Origin: Mobula birostris
Taxonomy: Eukaryota
Length of the DNA stretch: 64,000 bases
Direction of reading: 5' to 3'
Assembly (NCBI RefSeq): GCF_030028105.1
Contig: NC_092370.1
Location: 32,994,643 to 33,058,642, forward strand
The translations under genes and the position numbers were made by a program. The notes beneath the pieces are model-generated. The model did not search any database and was not told the origin of the DNA. It saw nothing but the letters and a program-made list of their open reading frames with translations. This document shows positions 35,848-49,399 of this stretch, piece by piece. How positions within the stretch are numbered: the first letter of the stretch is position 1; every line of letters begins with the position of its first letter.

Positions 35848-38800
35848 GCAGAGTCATTGAATCATGGCTGAAGGATGGTTGTAGTTGGGAGTTGAATGTC
35901 CAAGGTTACACGTTGTATCAGAGGGATAGGAAGGTAGGCAGCGGCTGTGGCGTGGCTCTGCTGCTAAAAAATGGCATCAAATCCCTAGAAAGATGTGACA
36001 TAAGATCAGAAGATGTTGAATCCTTGTGGGTTGCATTAAGAAATGGCAAGGGTAAAAGGACCCTGATGGCAGTTACATACAGGCCTCCCAACAGTAGCTG
36101 GGATGTGAACCACAGATTACAACGGAAAATAGAAAAGGCATGTCAGAAGGGCAATATTATGATAGTCATGGGAGATTTCAACATACAGGTCGATTGGGAA
36201 AATCAGGTTAGTAATGAATTTCAAGAGAGTGAGTTTGTTGAATGTCTATGAGATGGCTTTTTAGAGCAGTTTGTCATTGAGCCTACTAGGGGATCAGCTA
36301 TACTGGATTGGGTGTTATGTAACGAACTGGAGGAGATTAGGGAGTTTAAGGTAAAATAAAAGCCCTTAGGAGGCTATGATCACAATATGATTGAGTTCAA
36401 CATGAAATTTGCAGAAGGAGAGTAAAGTCTGATGTTGTAGTATTTTAGTGGAGTAAAGGAAAGCACAGTGGTATGAGAGAGGAACTGGAAGGAGATTGGA
36501 AATTGGAAGGAGATGCTGGGAGGGATGACAACAGATGCTGGTAGGGATGACAGCAGAGCAGCAATGGCTTGAGTTTGTGGGAAAAATGAGGAAGGTGTAT
36601 TCCAAAAACAAAAGAAATACTCAGATGGCTAAATAGTACAACTGTAGCTGACAAGGGAACTTAAAGCTAATGTAAAAACAAAAGTGAAGGCATACAACAA
36701 AGTAAAAATTAGTGGGAAGATAGAGGATTGGGAACTTTTTAAAACTCTGCAGAGATCAACTAAAAGAATCATTTGGAGGGAAAAGATGAAATATGAAAGC
36801 AAGCTAGCAAACAGCATCAAAGTTTTTTCAAATATGTGAAAAAAGTAAGAGAGATGAGACTATACATAGAACCACTAGAAAATGAGGCCGGAGAAATAAT
36901 AATAGGGAAGAAGGAGATGTCAGGTGAATGAAGTGAGTATTTTACATCAGTCTTCACTGTGGAAGATACTAGCAGCATGCCAGATGTTCTAATGTGTGAA
37001 GGAGGAGAAGTGAGTGCAGTTACTATCACAAGGGAGAAGGCGTTCAAAAAGCTGAAAGACCTAAGGGTACATAAGTCACTTGGACCAGATGAACTGCACC
37101 CTCGGGTTCTGAAAGAAGTAGTGGTAGAGATTGTGGACGCATTAGTTAATGATCTTTCAAAAGTCATCAGACTTTGTCATGGGGCCAGAGGGCTGGAAAA
37201 TTACAAATGTCACTCCACTCTTTACGAAAGGAGAAAGGCAGCAAAAAGGAAATTATAGACCGGTTAGTCTGATCTCAGTGGTTGAGAAGATGTTAGAGTC
37301 AATTGTTATGGATGAGGTGATGGAGTACTTGGTGACACAGGACAAGATACTACAAAGACAGCAAGGTTTCCTTCAGGGATAATCCTGCCTGAAGAACCTG
37401 TTGGAATTCTTAGAGGAGACTACAAGTAGGATGGATAAAGAGGATGCAGGGGATGTTGTATATTTGGATTTTCAGAAGACCTTTGACAATGTGCCACACA
37501 TGAGGTTGCTTACCAAGTTAAGAGCCCTGGTATTACAGGAAAGTTACTAGCATGGTTAGAGCATTGCTGATTGGTAGGAGGCAGTGAGTGGGAATAAAAG
37601 GATCCTTTCCTGGATGGCTGCCAGTGACCAGTGGTGTTCCGCAGGGGTCGGTGTTGGGACCACTTTTTTTTATACTGTATATCAATGATTTAGATTTTCT
37701 TAGATTAGATTCTGAGAACATTCAGTTCTCTTTTATTGTCATTTAGAAATGCATACATGTATTAAGAAATGATACAATGTCTCTCCGGAGTGATATCACA
37801 GAAAACAGGACAAACCAAAGACTAACACTGACAGAACCACATAATTATAACATATAGTTACAGCAGTGCAAAGCAATACCATAATTTGATAAAGAACAGA
37901 CCATGGGCACAGTAAAAAAAAAGTTTCAAAGTCCCCGAGTCCCCGATAGCATTTGGCAAAAGGGAGAAGCTCCCTGCCATAAACCTCCAGGCACCGTCAA
38001 CTTGCCGATACCTTGGAAGCAGCCGACCCCAGCCGATACTGAGTCCATCCGTCCGAAAACTTCGAGCTTCCGAGCAGCCTCTCCGACACAGCCTCCTGAG
38101 CGCCATCCTCTGCCGAACGCCTTTGACCTCTCCCCGGCTGCTGAAACACGCAAAGCCGAGGATTTCGGGGCCTTCAGCTCCGGAGATTCCGGAACCACAC
38201 AGTAGCAGTGGCAGCGAAGCAGTCATTTCAGAAGTTTTCCAGATATTCCGCTGTCTCCATGAAATCAGGATTGTGCATGGTCCCCTACTTGACAGATAAC
38301 AGATATTCATCACCGAAGTGGCCGCGCATACTGCCGTCGCGTTGCTATCTTCTCCCCCGTCCCCCCGGGAGGATTTAGATAATGTAATAGATGGCTTTTT
38401 TCCTATGTTTGCAGATGATACAAAGAGGGGCAGGTAACAGGAAGGTTGCAGAAGGACTTAGAATGGGCAAGAAAGCAGTAAATAAAATACAACGTTGGAA
38501 AATGCATGGTCATACACTTTGATAGTTGAAATAAATGTGCAGGCTATTTTCTAAATGGAGAGAAAATCCAAAATGTGAGATGAAAAGGGACTTGGGGGTG
38601 CCCTAAAGGTTAACTTACAATTTGAATCGGTGGTAAAGAAGGCAAATGCACTGTTAGCATTCATTTCAAGAGGTCTAGAATACAAGAGCAGGGATGTGAT
38701 CCTGAGGCTTTATAAGGCACTGGTGAGGCCTCACCTTGAGTTACTGTGAACAGTTTTGGGCATTAGAGAGAGTTCAGAGGAGGTTCACAAGGATGATTCT

Positions 38801-39262
38801 GGGAATAAGAGTGTTATCATGCAAGGAACGTTTGTCTCAGGTCTGTACTTGCTGGAATTTAGAAGGGTGTTGGGGGGTGGGTAGGAGAGAAATCTCATTG
38901 TATATTGAAAGGCCTAGACAGAGTAGATGTGGAAAGGATGATTCCCATAGTGGAGGAGTCTCAGAGAAGAGGGCACAGTCTCAGGATAGAGGGGCGTCCA
39001 TTGAAAACAGAGATATGGAGAAATTTCTTTAGCCAGAGGATGGTGAATTTGTGGCAGGCAGCCGTGGAGACCAGCTCTTTGGGAGTGTTTAAGGCAGAGG
39101 TTGATAGGTTCCTGATTGGCATCAGAGTTTACCGGGAGAAGGCTGGGGAACGGGGCTGAGGATGGGGAAAGAAGGATCCACCATGATAGAATAACAGAAC
39201 AGAGTCGACGGGCCAAATGGCCTAATTCTGCTCCTATATATTGTGGTGTTGTGGTCTTATGG
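35848..39262 (+). mobile_element. Degenerate CR1 ORF2 (EN+RT) with 3' UTR
   Basis: ESWLKDG..YRPPNS..MGDFN, KSLGPDELHPRVLKE, NYRPVSL, FADD region; many stops. Confidence 0.9.
37696..38371 (-). mobile_element. Non-autonomous Rex1-type short retroelement with 9-bp TSD
   Basis: gatttagat at 37687-37695 and 38372-38380; CpG-rich 5' part, 3' tgacaataaaa and (aatct) tail; no RT coding. Confidence 0.75.
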
Positions 39263-40100
39263 ACTTAGGAACATTCTTGGTAGATCTAAATGTAAGTTCT
39301 TACTGTATCCAAAATAGATGTCAAATTTGCATTAATATGCAGACTTCCCAACCTAAAGAAATAGATTATTGAATGTTTAATTTATGACTTGTCTCCAACA
39401 TACCATGTTACAGTATGTTTACTGTAAATAGCAATAATGCTGTCAACTTCAAGCCTACATGAGAAAGAAGGACGAATCATTACAATGTAAACGAAGAACA
39501 AAATAGCAAATGATATTCAGTCTCTGCCTAAATTGGCACTCTGTGCCAATGTGAAACATTTTCAGATGTGCGTACATTGGCTCAAAACTGGAATTAAAAC
39601 TTGTAAATTAAGTTGATGTTTTGGGCAAATATTGCCAGTTTTTCAGGGGAAAATAGCACTGCTATTCAGTTCACAATTCGTCCCCAAGAATGGTTTCCAG
39701 GTGCCACCAGTGTGTTCCTGGGAAGAGGCCAGAAGCTGCTTCCCATTTTGATTCAAGATGTCCAATTGAGTGGTAGACTGATTAGTTGGAGCATTATTCC
39801 ACCACCCCACCCTATGACCACTGAACAAAAGTATGCCCATAAATTCAAAAACCATGGCTCACAAAACATTAAAGTTTCTTTTAGGGATAAAACAAATCCA
39901 TATTCAGCTTATGGACTTGGCAACATAGCTGTGGGTTGCACTATACACCAAAAATGTTCAATTACAAAAATGTTCTTTTCCTGGGTTGAAATGTAGTGGT
40001 GATGTTTCCTGGTTATTTTATGTCACTTTGAAAATTAGGCTGTTCACTTCCTTGTGTGAGTTTTTTTTGTGTATCTGACATGATTCCATCAGATGATATA

Positions 40101-40633
40101 CACTCAGTGCCTACTTTAGTAGGTACCTCCTATAACTAATAAGTGTTTTACACTGAGTGTATTTCTGTGTACTCCTGGTTTTTGCTACTGTAGCCCGTCT
40201 ATTTCAAAAGATGCTCTTCTGCACACCACTATTTTAACTCATGGTTACTTGAGTTACCACTACCTTCCTGCTAGCTTGAACCAGTCTGACCATTCTCCTC
40301 TGACCTCTCTCGTTAACAAGACATTTTTGCCCCCAGGACTGTCACTCACCAGATGCTTTTTCCTTTGTTTTTCTGTAAACTTTAGAGACTGTGGAAATCC
40401 TACACAATTTCTGAGATACTCAATCCACCCCATCTGGCGCCAACAATCATTCCATGGTCAAAGTCACTTTGATCCCATTTCTTCCCCGTTCTGCTGTTAG
40501 GGGTATGAACAATAACTGAACCTCTTGATCTTACCTGCATGCTTTTATGAATTGAGTTGCTGCCACATGATTAGCTGATTAGATATTTGCATTATCGAAT
40601 ATCTAATATACCCAATAAATTGGCCCCTGAGTC
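40101..40633 (-). mobile_element. Tc1/mariner non-autonomous element
   Basis: TA-cactcagtgcctactttagtaggtac TIR mirrored at the right end; remnant GKKWDQSDFDHGMIVGAR (Tc1 N-terminus). Confidence 0.75.
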
Positions 40634-41988
40634 TATTTTTCTTTGCATCCACCTAAGGAGTTTAATCTGTTGTGTTGCAGGAGTGGCCTTTTTCTATTGG
40701 GACCTCCAGGACAACTGCATTTTCATAGTGTAGGGTGGAGTCAAACAGCATGGCCTCACTGACAAAGTCAACTGATTGGGACCAGAACCTAAATTGCAGT
40801 GAATGTAATATCAGTAAATATAACAACCATTCTGCAGTTGGCAGTGCACTATGTACATTGCCTGGGATGTCTGGTGAAATTGCTTCGGAGTTTTATCATT
40901 TACCCAGATAACTGGAATTCTGTGCCAATCTTCTTCATGTCAATACCCCCTCCAAGCTCCATTCCAATACTTTTCTGAGGTACTCTTGATATAACAATCT
41001 ATTCACGCCATAACCTGCTCTTTATAAAAATCCTCTGCTTCCAACAGTCAGTCCTTAAAGATATCAACTGGTTCTTTTATCCATAATGTTGCCTTAAAAT
41101 CTTCTTGAACTCCCCCTACCTAACTTGTTCAACATCCCTTGTCCCTTACCCCAGCTTCCTACCTGACTTCTGACATCCTCCAAGCTCCCTATAGTAACTT
41201 ACTCTGTTTTTGATAAGAGTCTTAATTCAACTGTCATCCTATTGATTGGAAACTGGAATCCTAAATATGTCTACAAGCTTACGAGTCTCAATGCAAATCC
41301 TTGTTCCTCGCTGAGCAACTCCTTGAAGCCTTTCTCTTGAGTACAGTTTCAGTAATTACTGCACCTCCTCTTCCTTAACCTACTCCACACATACCTGAAA
41401 CCTTTCCATCTGTTAAAGGTCTGTTCCTCAACTTGATGTCTGAGATATATCTGACTCTTTAAATGCAGCAAAGGGCTTGCAACTCTATCGTGTACTGTTC
41501 TTTACAGAGAATTCTTTAGCAAGATGAAGCTCAAATCTTCCTCCATGGCTCAGGATGAAATTTAATTGTTTGGATAATTACAGAGTCATCCAGAGCAAAA
41601 ACCTTCTTGTTCTCATCTGTGACCTAAGCAAAGGTGAGAGTGGGATGAATTGGTAAATGAACAAGGAGAAGAAAACTATGAAACACCAGATTATGATGTA
41701 TATTTACTTCGAGAGAAGTCTCTTATTTGCAGGCAATTTCTGGAAATTTACTAATTGATTTTTGAAGAAACTACAGTAGTGTTTGATAGCTTAGAATTAC
41801 AGTCCAAATTCATTTTCAAGTAATACTTTAATTTCTGCAGCAAAATGTCTCCTAGTAACCAGGTGTAAGAATTAAATGAACAGTAAATTTTTTTCAACTG
41901 CGTATCAAGAGGTTAGGAAGATAATCGGTGGGGGGGGTGAGCTTTGTCACATTATGGAGACACGAGAGTGCAAATGCTGGAGTAGAAC

Positions 41989-42812
41989 ATGGTTACGGAA
42001 CTGGAGCTGCAGCTCGAGGACCTTCGTCTGGTCAGGGAGAGTGAGGAGTTGATAGAGAGGAGTTATAGGCAGGTGGTCACACCGGGGCCACGGGAGGCAG
42101 ACCAGTGGGTCACGGTTAGGAGGGGGAAGGGGAAGAGTCAGGTAATAGAGAGTACCCCAGTGGCTGTGCCCCTTAACAATAGGTACTCCTGTTTGAGTAC
42201 TGTTGGGGGGGACAGCTTATCCGGGGGAAGCGACAGTGGCCGTGCCTCCGGCACAGAGTCTGGCCCTGTAGCTCAGAAGGGTAGGGAAAGGAAGAGGAGG
42301 GCAGTTGTGATAGGGGACTCAATAGAAAGGGGGTCAGATAGGCGATTCTGTGGACGCAGTCCAGAGACCCGGATGGTAGTTTGCCTCCCTGGTGCCAGGG
42401 TCCGGGATATCTCTGATCGTGTCCAAGATATCCTGAAGTGGGAGGGTGGGGTGAGGAGCCAGAGGTCGTGGTACCTATAGGTACCAATGACATAGGTAGG
42501 AAAAGGGAAGAGGTCCTGAAAGGAGAATATGGGGAGCTAGGAAGGGAGTTGAGAAAAAGGACCGCAAAGGTAGTAATCTCGGGATTACTGCCTGTGCCAC
42601 GCGACAGTGAGAGTAGGAATGCGATGAGGTGGAGGATAAATGCATGGCTGAGGGATTGGAGCAGGAGGCAGGGATTCAAGTTTTTGGATCATTGGGACCT
42701 CTTTTGGTGCAGGCGTGACCTGTACAAAAAGGACGGGTTACACTTGAATCCTAGGGGGACCAATATCCTGGCAGGGAGATTAGCGAGGGCTACTGAGGTG
42801 ACGTTAAACTAG
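41989..42812 (+). pseudogene. CR1 ORF1 (SGNH esterase type), one frameshift
   Basis: VIGDSI, CLPGAR, IGTNDI, DGLHLN motifs; frameshift near 42445. Confidence 0.9.
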
Positions 42813-42913
42813 AATGGTAGGGGGGTGGGAATCAAATTAAAGAGGCTAGGTGAGAGGAGGTTAGTTCACAACAGGGGGATGGGAACCAGTGCAGAGAGAC
42901 AGAGGGGTGTAAA

Positions 42914-45850
42914 GTGAGGGTAGAAGCAAAAAGTAGTAAGGAGAAAAGTAAAAGTGGCAGGCCGACAAATCCAGGGCAAGCATCAAAAAGGGCCACTTTT
43001 CAACATAATTGTATAAGGGCTAAGAGAGTTGTAAAAGAGCGCCTGAAGGCTTTGTGTGTCAATGCCAGGAGCATTCGTAACAAGGTGGATGAATTGAAAG
43101 TGCAGGTTGATATTAATGATTATGATATAGTTGGGATCACAGAGACATGGCTCCAGGGTGACCAAGGATGGGAGCTCAACGTTCAGGGATATTCAATATT
43201 CAGGAGGGATAGACATGAAAGAAAAGGAGGTGGGGTGGCGTTGCTGGTTAAAGAGGAGATTAACGCAATAGAAAGGAAGGACATAAGCCGGGAAGATGTG
43301 GAATCGATATGGGTAGAGCTGCATAACACTAAGGGGCAGAAAACGCTGGTGGGAGTTGTGTACAGGCCACCTAACAGTAGTAGTGAGGTCGGGGATGGTA
43401 TTAAACAGGAAATTAGAAATGTGTGCAATAAAGGAATAGCAGTTATAATGGGTGACTTCAATCTACATGTAGATTGGGTGAACCAAATTGGTAAAGGTGC
43501 TGAGGAAGAGGATTTCTTGGAATGTATGCGGGATGGTTTTTTGAACCAACATGTCGAGGAACCAACTAGAGAGCAGGCTATTCTAGACTGGGTTTTGAGC
43601 AATGAGGAAGGGTTAATTAGCAATCTTGTCGTGAGAGGCCCCTTGGGTAAGAGTGACCATAATATGGTGGAATTCTTCATTAAGATGGAGAGTGACATAG
43701 TTAATTCAGAAACAAAGGTTCTGAAAAAGAGGGGTAACTTTGAAGGTATGAGACGTGAATTAGCTAAGATAGACTGGCAAATGACACTTAAAGGATTGAT
43801 GGTGGGTATGCAATGGCAAGCATTTAAAGATTGCATAATGAACTACAACAATTGTTCATCCCAGTTTGGCAAAGGAATAAATCAAGGAGGGTAGTGCACC
43901 CGTGGCTGACGGAAATTAGGGATAGTATCAATTCCAAAGAAGAAGCATACAAATTAGCCAGAAAAAGTGGCTCAACCTGAGGACTGGGAGAAATTCAGAG
44001 TTCAGCAGAGGAGGACAAAGGGCTTAATTAGGAAGGGGAAAAAAGATTATGAGAGAAAACTGGCAGGGAACATAAAAACTGACTGTAAAAGCTTTTATAG
44101 ATATGTAAAAAGGAAAAGACTGGTAAAGACAAATGTAGGTCCCCTACAGACAGAAACAGGTGAATTGATTATGGGGAGCAAGGACATGGCAGACCAATTG
44201 AATAATTACTTTGGTTCTGTCTTCACTAAGGAGGATATAAATAATCTTCCAGAAATAGTAGGGGACAGAGGGTCCAGTGAGATGGAGGAACTGAGCGAAA
44301 TACATGTTAGTAGGGAAGTGGTGTTAGGTAAATTGAAGGGATTAAAGGCAGATAAATCCCCAGGGCCAGATGGTCTGCATCCCAGAGTGCTTAAGGAAGT
44401 AGCCCAAGAAATAGTGGATGCATTAGTGATAATTTTTCAAAACTCGCTAGATTCTGGACTAGTTCCTGAGGATTGGAGGGTGGCTAATGTAACCCCACTT
44501 TTTAAAAAAGGAGGGAGAGAGAAACCGGGGAATTATAGACCGGTTAGCCTAACGTTGGTGGTGGGGAAACTGCTGGAGTCAGTTATCAAAGATGTGATAA
44601 CAGCACATTTGGAAAGCGGTGAAATGATCGGACAAAGTCAGCATGGATTTGTGAAAGGAAAATCATGTCTAACGAATCTCATAGAATTTTTTGAGGATGT
44701 AACTAGTAGAGTGGATAGGGGAAAACCAGTGGATGTGGTATATTTGGATTTTCAGAAGGCTTTTGACAAGGTCCCACACAGGAGATTAGTGTGCAAACTT
44801 AAAGCACACGGTATTGGGGGTAAGGTATTGATGTGGATAGAGAATTGGTTAGCAGACAGGAAGCAAAGAGTGGGAATAAACGGGACCTTTTCAGAATGGC
44901 AGGCAGTGACTAGTGGGGAGTGACTAGTAGCAAGGCTCAGTGCTGGGACCCCAGTTGTTTACAATATATATTAATGACTTGGATGAGGGAATTAAATGCA
45001 GCATCTCCAAGTTTGCGGATGACACGAAGCTGGATGGCAGTGTTAGCTGTGAGGAGGATGCTAAGAGGATGCAGGGTGACTTGGATAGGTTGGGTGAGTG
45101 GGCAAATTCATGGCAGATGCAATTTAATGTGGATAAATATGAAGTTATCCACTTTGGTGGCAAAAATAGGAAAACAGATTATTATCTGAATGGTGGCTGA
45201 TTAGGAAAAGGGGAGGTGCAACGAGACCTGGGTGTCATTATACACCAGTCATTGAAAGTGGGCATGCAGGTACAGCAGGCGGTGAAAAAGGCGAATGGTA
45301 TGCTGGCATTTATAGCGAGAGGATTCGAGTACAGGAGCAGGGAGGTACTACTGCAGTTGTACAAGGCCTTGGTGAGACCACACCTGGAGTATTGTGTGCA
45401 ATTTTGGTCCCCTAATCTGAGGAAAGACATGCTTGCCATAGAGGGAGTACAAAGAAGGTTCACCAGATTGATTCCTGGGATGGCAGGACTTTCATATGAA
45501 GAAAGACTGGATGAACTAGGCTTATACTCGTTGGAATTTAGAAGATTGAGGGGGGATCTGATTGAAACGTATAAAATCCTAAAGGGATTGGACAGGCTAG
45601 ATGCAGGAAGATTGTTCCCGATGTTGGAGAAGTCCAGAATGAGGGGTCATGGTTTGAGGATAAAGGCGAAGCCTTTTAGGACCGAGATTATGAAAAACTT
45701 CTTCACACAGAGAGTGGTGAATCTGTGGAATTCTCTGCCACAGGAAAAGTTGAGGCCAGTTCATTGGCTATATTTAAGATGGAGTTAGATATGGCCCTTG
45801 TGGCTAGGGGGATCAGAGGGTATGGAGGGAAGGCTGGTGCAGGGTTCTGA
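42914..45850 (+). pseudogene. CR1 ORF2 endonuclease/reverse transcriptase, disrupted
   Basis: NARSIRNK, GITETWL, YRPP, MGDFN, SDHN, YLDFQKAFD, KFADDTK; frameshifts near 43840-43910, 44915 and 45745, stop at 45198-45200. Confidence 0.95.
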
Positions 45851-46271
45851 GTTGGATGATCAGTCATGATCATAATAAATGGTGCAGGCTCGAAGGGCCG
45901 AATGGCCCACTCCTGCACCTATTTTCTATGTTTTCTATGGTGCAGTGCACGGATAGGCCCTCTGAGCCTGCGCCATCACTCAGAATCATGATGGCTGATC
46001 TATCCTAGGCCACAACTCCTCTGTGCCAGGTCCTCATAGCTCTCAGTCCCATGATCTTTTACTACTTTACCTACTTCCCCGCCCGTCGTCAACATTTTGG
46101 ATTTGTGTGTAATTTTTTTTGTATTCCTGGTAGTGGAGACTCCACAACGTGGGAAAGTAATTCATTATTTCAGTATTTTTATAGTACTCTCTCCTCACCA
46201 ACAACTTGCCATACGACAGCGACCCCTAACCCCACCGCATCTCTAAACTTTTATTTCTTGACTTTACAATT

Positions 46272-48750
46272 CTAAAGTGAACTCGGCCTTTTCTCCTTGG
46301 AGCAACGGAGGATGAGAGGTGACCTGATAGAGGTGTACAAGGTAATGAGACGCATTGATCATGTGGATAGTCAAAGGCTCTTCCCCAGGGCTGAAATGGC
46401 TAACACAAGGGGGCATAGTTTTAAGGTGCTTGGAAGCAGGTACAAAGGAGATGTCAGGGGTAAGGGTGAGTGCGTGTAATGGGCTGCCAGTGGCGGTGGT
46501 GGAGGTGGAAATACATAGAAAATAGGTGCAGGAGTAGGCCATTCGGCCCTTCGAGCCTGCACCGCCATTTATTATGATCATGGCTGATCATCCAACTCAG
46601 AACCCCGCCCCAGCCTTCCCTCCATACCCCCTGACCCCCGTAGCCACAAGGGCCATTTCTAACTCCCTCAAAAATATAGCCAATGAACTGGCCTCAACTG
46701 TTTCCTGTGGCAGAGAATTCCACAGATTCACCACTCTCTGTGTGAAGAAGTTTTTCCTAATCTCGGTCCTAAAAGGCTTCCCCTCTATCCTCAAACTGTG
46801 GCCCCTCGTTCTGGACTTCCCCAACATCGGGAACAATCTTCCTGCATCTAGCCTGTCCAATCCCTTTAGGATCTTATACGTTTCAATCAGATCCCCCCTC
46901 AATCTTCTAAATTCCAATGAGTACAAGCCCAGTTCATCCTGTCTTTCTTCATATGAAAGTCCTGCAATCCCAGGAATCAATCTGGTGAACCTTCTTTCTA
47001 CTCCCTCTATGGCAAGGATGTCTTTCCTCAGATTAGGGGACCAAAACTGCACACAATACTCCAGGTGTGGTCTCACCAAGGCCTTGTACAACTGCAGTAG
47101 TACCTCCCTGCTCCTGTACTCGAATCCTCTCGCTATAAATGCCAGCATACCATTCTCCTTTTTCACCGCCTGCTGTACCTGCATGCCCACTTTCAATGAC
47201 TGGTGTATAATGACACCCAGGTCTCATTGCACCTCCCCTTTTCCTAATCGGCCACCATTCAGATAATAATCTGTTTTCCTATTTTTGCCACCAAAGTGGA
47301 TAACTTCACATTTTTCCACATTAAATTGCATCTGCCATGAATTTGCCCACTCACCCAACCTATCCAAGTCACCCTGCATCCTCTTAGCATCCTCCTCACA
47401 GCTAACACTGCCACCCAGCTTCGTGTCATCCGCAAACTTGGAGATGCTGCATTTAATTCCCTCATCCAAGTCATTAATATATATTGTAAACAACTGAGGT
47501 CCCAGCACTGAGCCTTGCAGTACCCCACTAGTCACCGCCTGCCATTCTGAAAAGGTCCCGTTTATTCCCACTCTTTGCTTCCTGTCTGCTAACCAACTCT
47601 CCACCCACACCAGTACCTTACCCGCAATACCGTGTGCTTTAAGTTTTCACACTAATCTCCTGTGTGGGACCTTGTCAAAAGCCTTCTGAAAATCCAAATA
47701 TACCACATCCACTGGTTCTCCCCTATCCACTCTACTAGTTACATCCTCAAAAAATTCTATGAGATTCGTCAGACATGATTTTCCTTTCACAAATCCGTGC
47801 TGACTTTGTCCGATGATTTCACCGCTTTCCAAATGTGCTGTTATCACATCCTTGATAACTGACTCCAGCAGTTTCCCCACCACCGACGTTAGGCTAACCG
47901 GTCTATAATTCCCCGGTTTCTCTCTCCCTCCTTTTTTAAAAAGTGGAGTTACATTAGCCACCCTCCAATCCTCAGGAACTAGTCCAGAATCTAACGAGTT
48001 TTGAAAAATTATCACTAATGCATCCACTATTTCTTGGGCTACTTCCTTAAGCACCCTGGGATGCAGACCATCTGGCCCTGGGGATTTATCTGCCTTCAAT
48101 CCCTTCAATTTACCTAACACCACTTCCCTACTAACATGTATTTTGCTCAGTTCCTCCATCTCACTGGACCCTCTGTCCCCTACTATTTCTGGAAGATTAT
48201 TTATGTCCTCCTTAGTGAAGACAGAATCAAAGTAATTATTCAATTGGTCTGCCATGTCCTTGCTCCCCATAATCAATTCACCTGTTTCTGTCTGCAGGGG
48301 ACCTATATTTGTCTTTACCAGTCTTTTCCTTTTCACATATCTATAAAAGCTTTTACAGTCCGTTTTTATGTTTCCTGCCAGTTTTCTCTCATAATCTTTT
48401 TTCTCCTTCCTAATTAAGCCCTTTGTCCTCCTCTGCTGAACTCTGAATTTCTCCCAGTCCTCAGGTGATCCACTTTCTCTGGCTAATTTGTATGCTTCTT
48501 CTTTGGAATTGATACTATCCCTAATTTCTCTTGTCAGCCACGGGTGCACTACCTTCCTTGATTTATTCTTTTGCCAAACTGGGATGAACAATTGTTGTAG
48601 TTTATCCATGCGACTCCTGGATGGCTACATGGAGCTTGGATAAATAGAGGGCTATGGGTAAAGCCTAGGTAGTTCTAAGGTAGGGACATGTTCGGCACAG
48701 CTTTGTGGGCCGAAGGGCCTGTATTGTGCTGTATGTTTTCTATGTTGCTA
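46272..48750 (+). mobile_element. CR1 3' fragment (second subfamily) split by antisense CR1
   Basis: 46272-46510 RRMRGDLIEVYK..; resumes at gactcctggatggctacatgg (~48612) to a ttctatg tail. Confidence 0.85.
46511..48612 (-). mobile_element. Young CR1, same subfamily as 41988-45938
   Basis: ORFs 47647-48609, 47224-47610 and 46597-47196 are nearly identical in translation to the plus-strand copy. Confidence 0.95.
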
Positions 48751-48754
48751 TAAA

Positions 48755-49330
48755 GACCTTGATTAAACACTCTGGTATTTGCGAAAGTGTGTAAATAAAT
48801 GGTAGGGCACTAGGGAGTTTAGTGGAACACAGGGACTTAAAACTACATGTTTGTTGAAAGAGGCGTCAGCAGATGGTGATAAAGGTGTTTAGCATGCTGG
48901 TGTTTGTCAGTCAGAGCACTGGGTCAAGAGTTGGGACATTATATTGCAGTTGCATAAGTAGTGAGGGCACACTTGGGGGACTGTGTACTGTGTTGGTCAC
49001 CTTGTTATAGCAGAAGTGCTGTTAAACTGGAAAGACTGCTGATAAGATTTGAGGACATTGCGAGGACCAGGGGATCTGAGCTGTAGGGAGAGGTTGGCCA
49101 GGTTAGGTTTTTATTCCTTGGAACGTAGGAGAGTGAAGAGTTCCCTGATAGAAATGTTTTAAATTATGAGAGGCATAGATAATGTGGATGGTTCCCCAGG
49201 GTCAGGAAGTACAAAACTAAAGGGTATAAGTTTTGGGAGACTTAATAGAGATCTGAGGAGCAAGTTTTTCACACAGCAGTGCGAATATGGAACAGGCTGC
49301 CAGAAGTGGATGGGTATCAGTGAACATATG
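48755..49330 (+). mobile_element. Old CR1 ORF2 C-terminal fragment
   Basis: Degenerate HLG.CV..WSP.Y and MRGIDNVD segments. Confidence 0.7.
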
Positions 49331-49399
49331 ATCCAAAAACAAAGAGCTTTGACCAGCGGCCAATCCACACATCAGAAGTTTTGAGAGGATGGAACTTCA

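Larger units (their letters stand above)
41988..45938 (+). mobile_element. Near full-length young CR1 LINE (5'-truncated in ORF1)
   Basis: ORF1 leucine zipper + SGNH esterase, ORF2 EN+RT, 3' UTR and ttttctatg tail. Confidence 0.95.

Noticed and set aside
39613-39996. 127-aa plus-strand ORF
   Set aside because: No recognisable domain; the opposite strand weakly resembles an old LINE endonuclease (NQNGKQLLA), too weak to call.
43183-47497. Long ORFs such as 43183-43836 (-) and 46574-47266 (+)
   Set aside because: Antisense shadows of CR1 ORF2.
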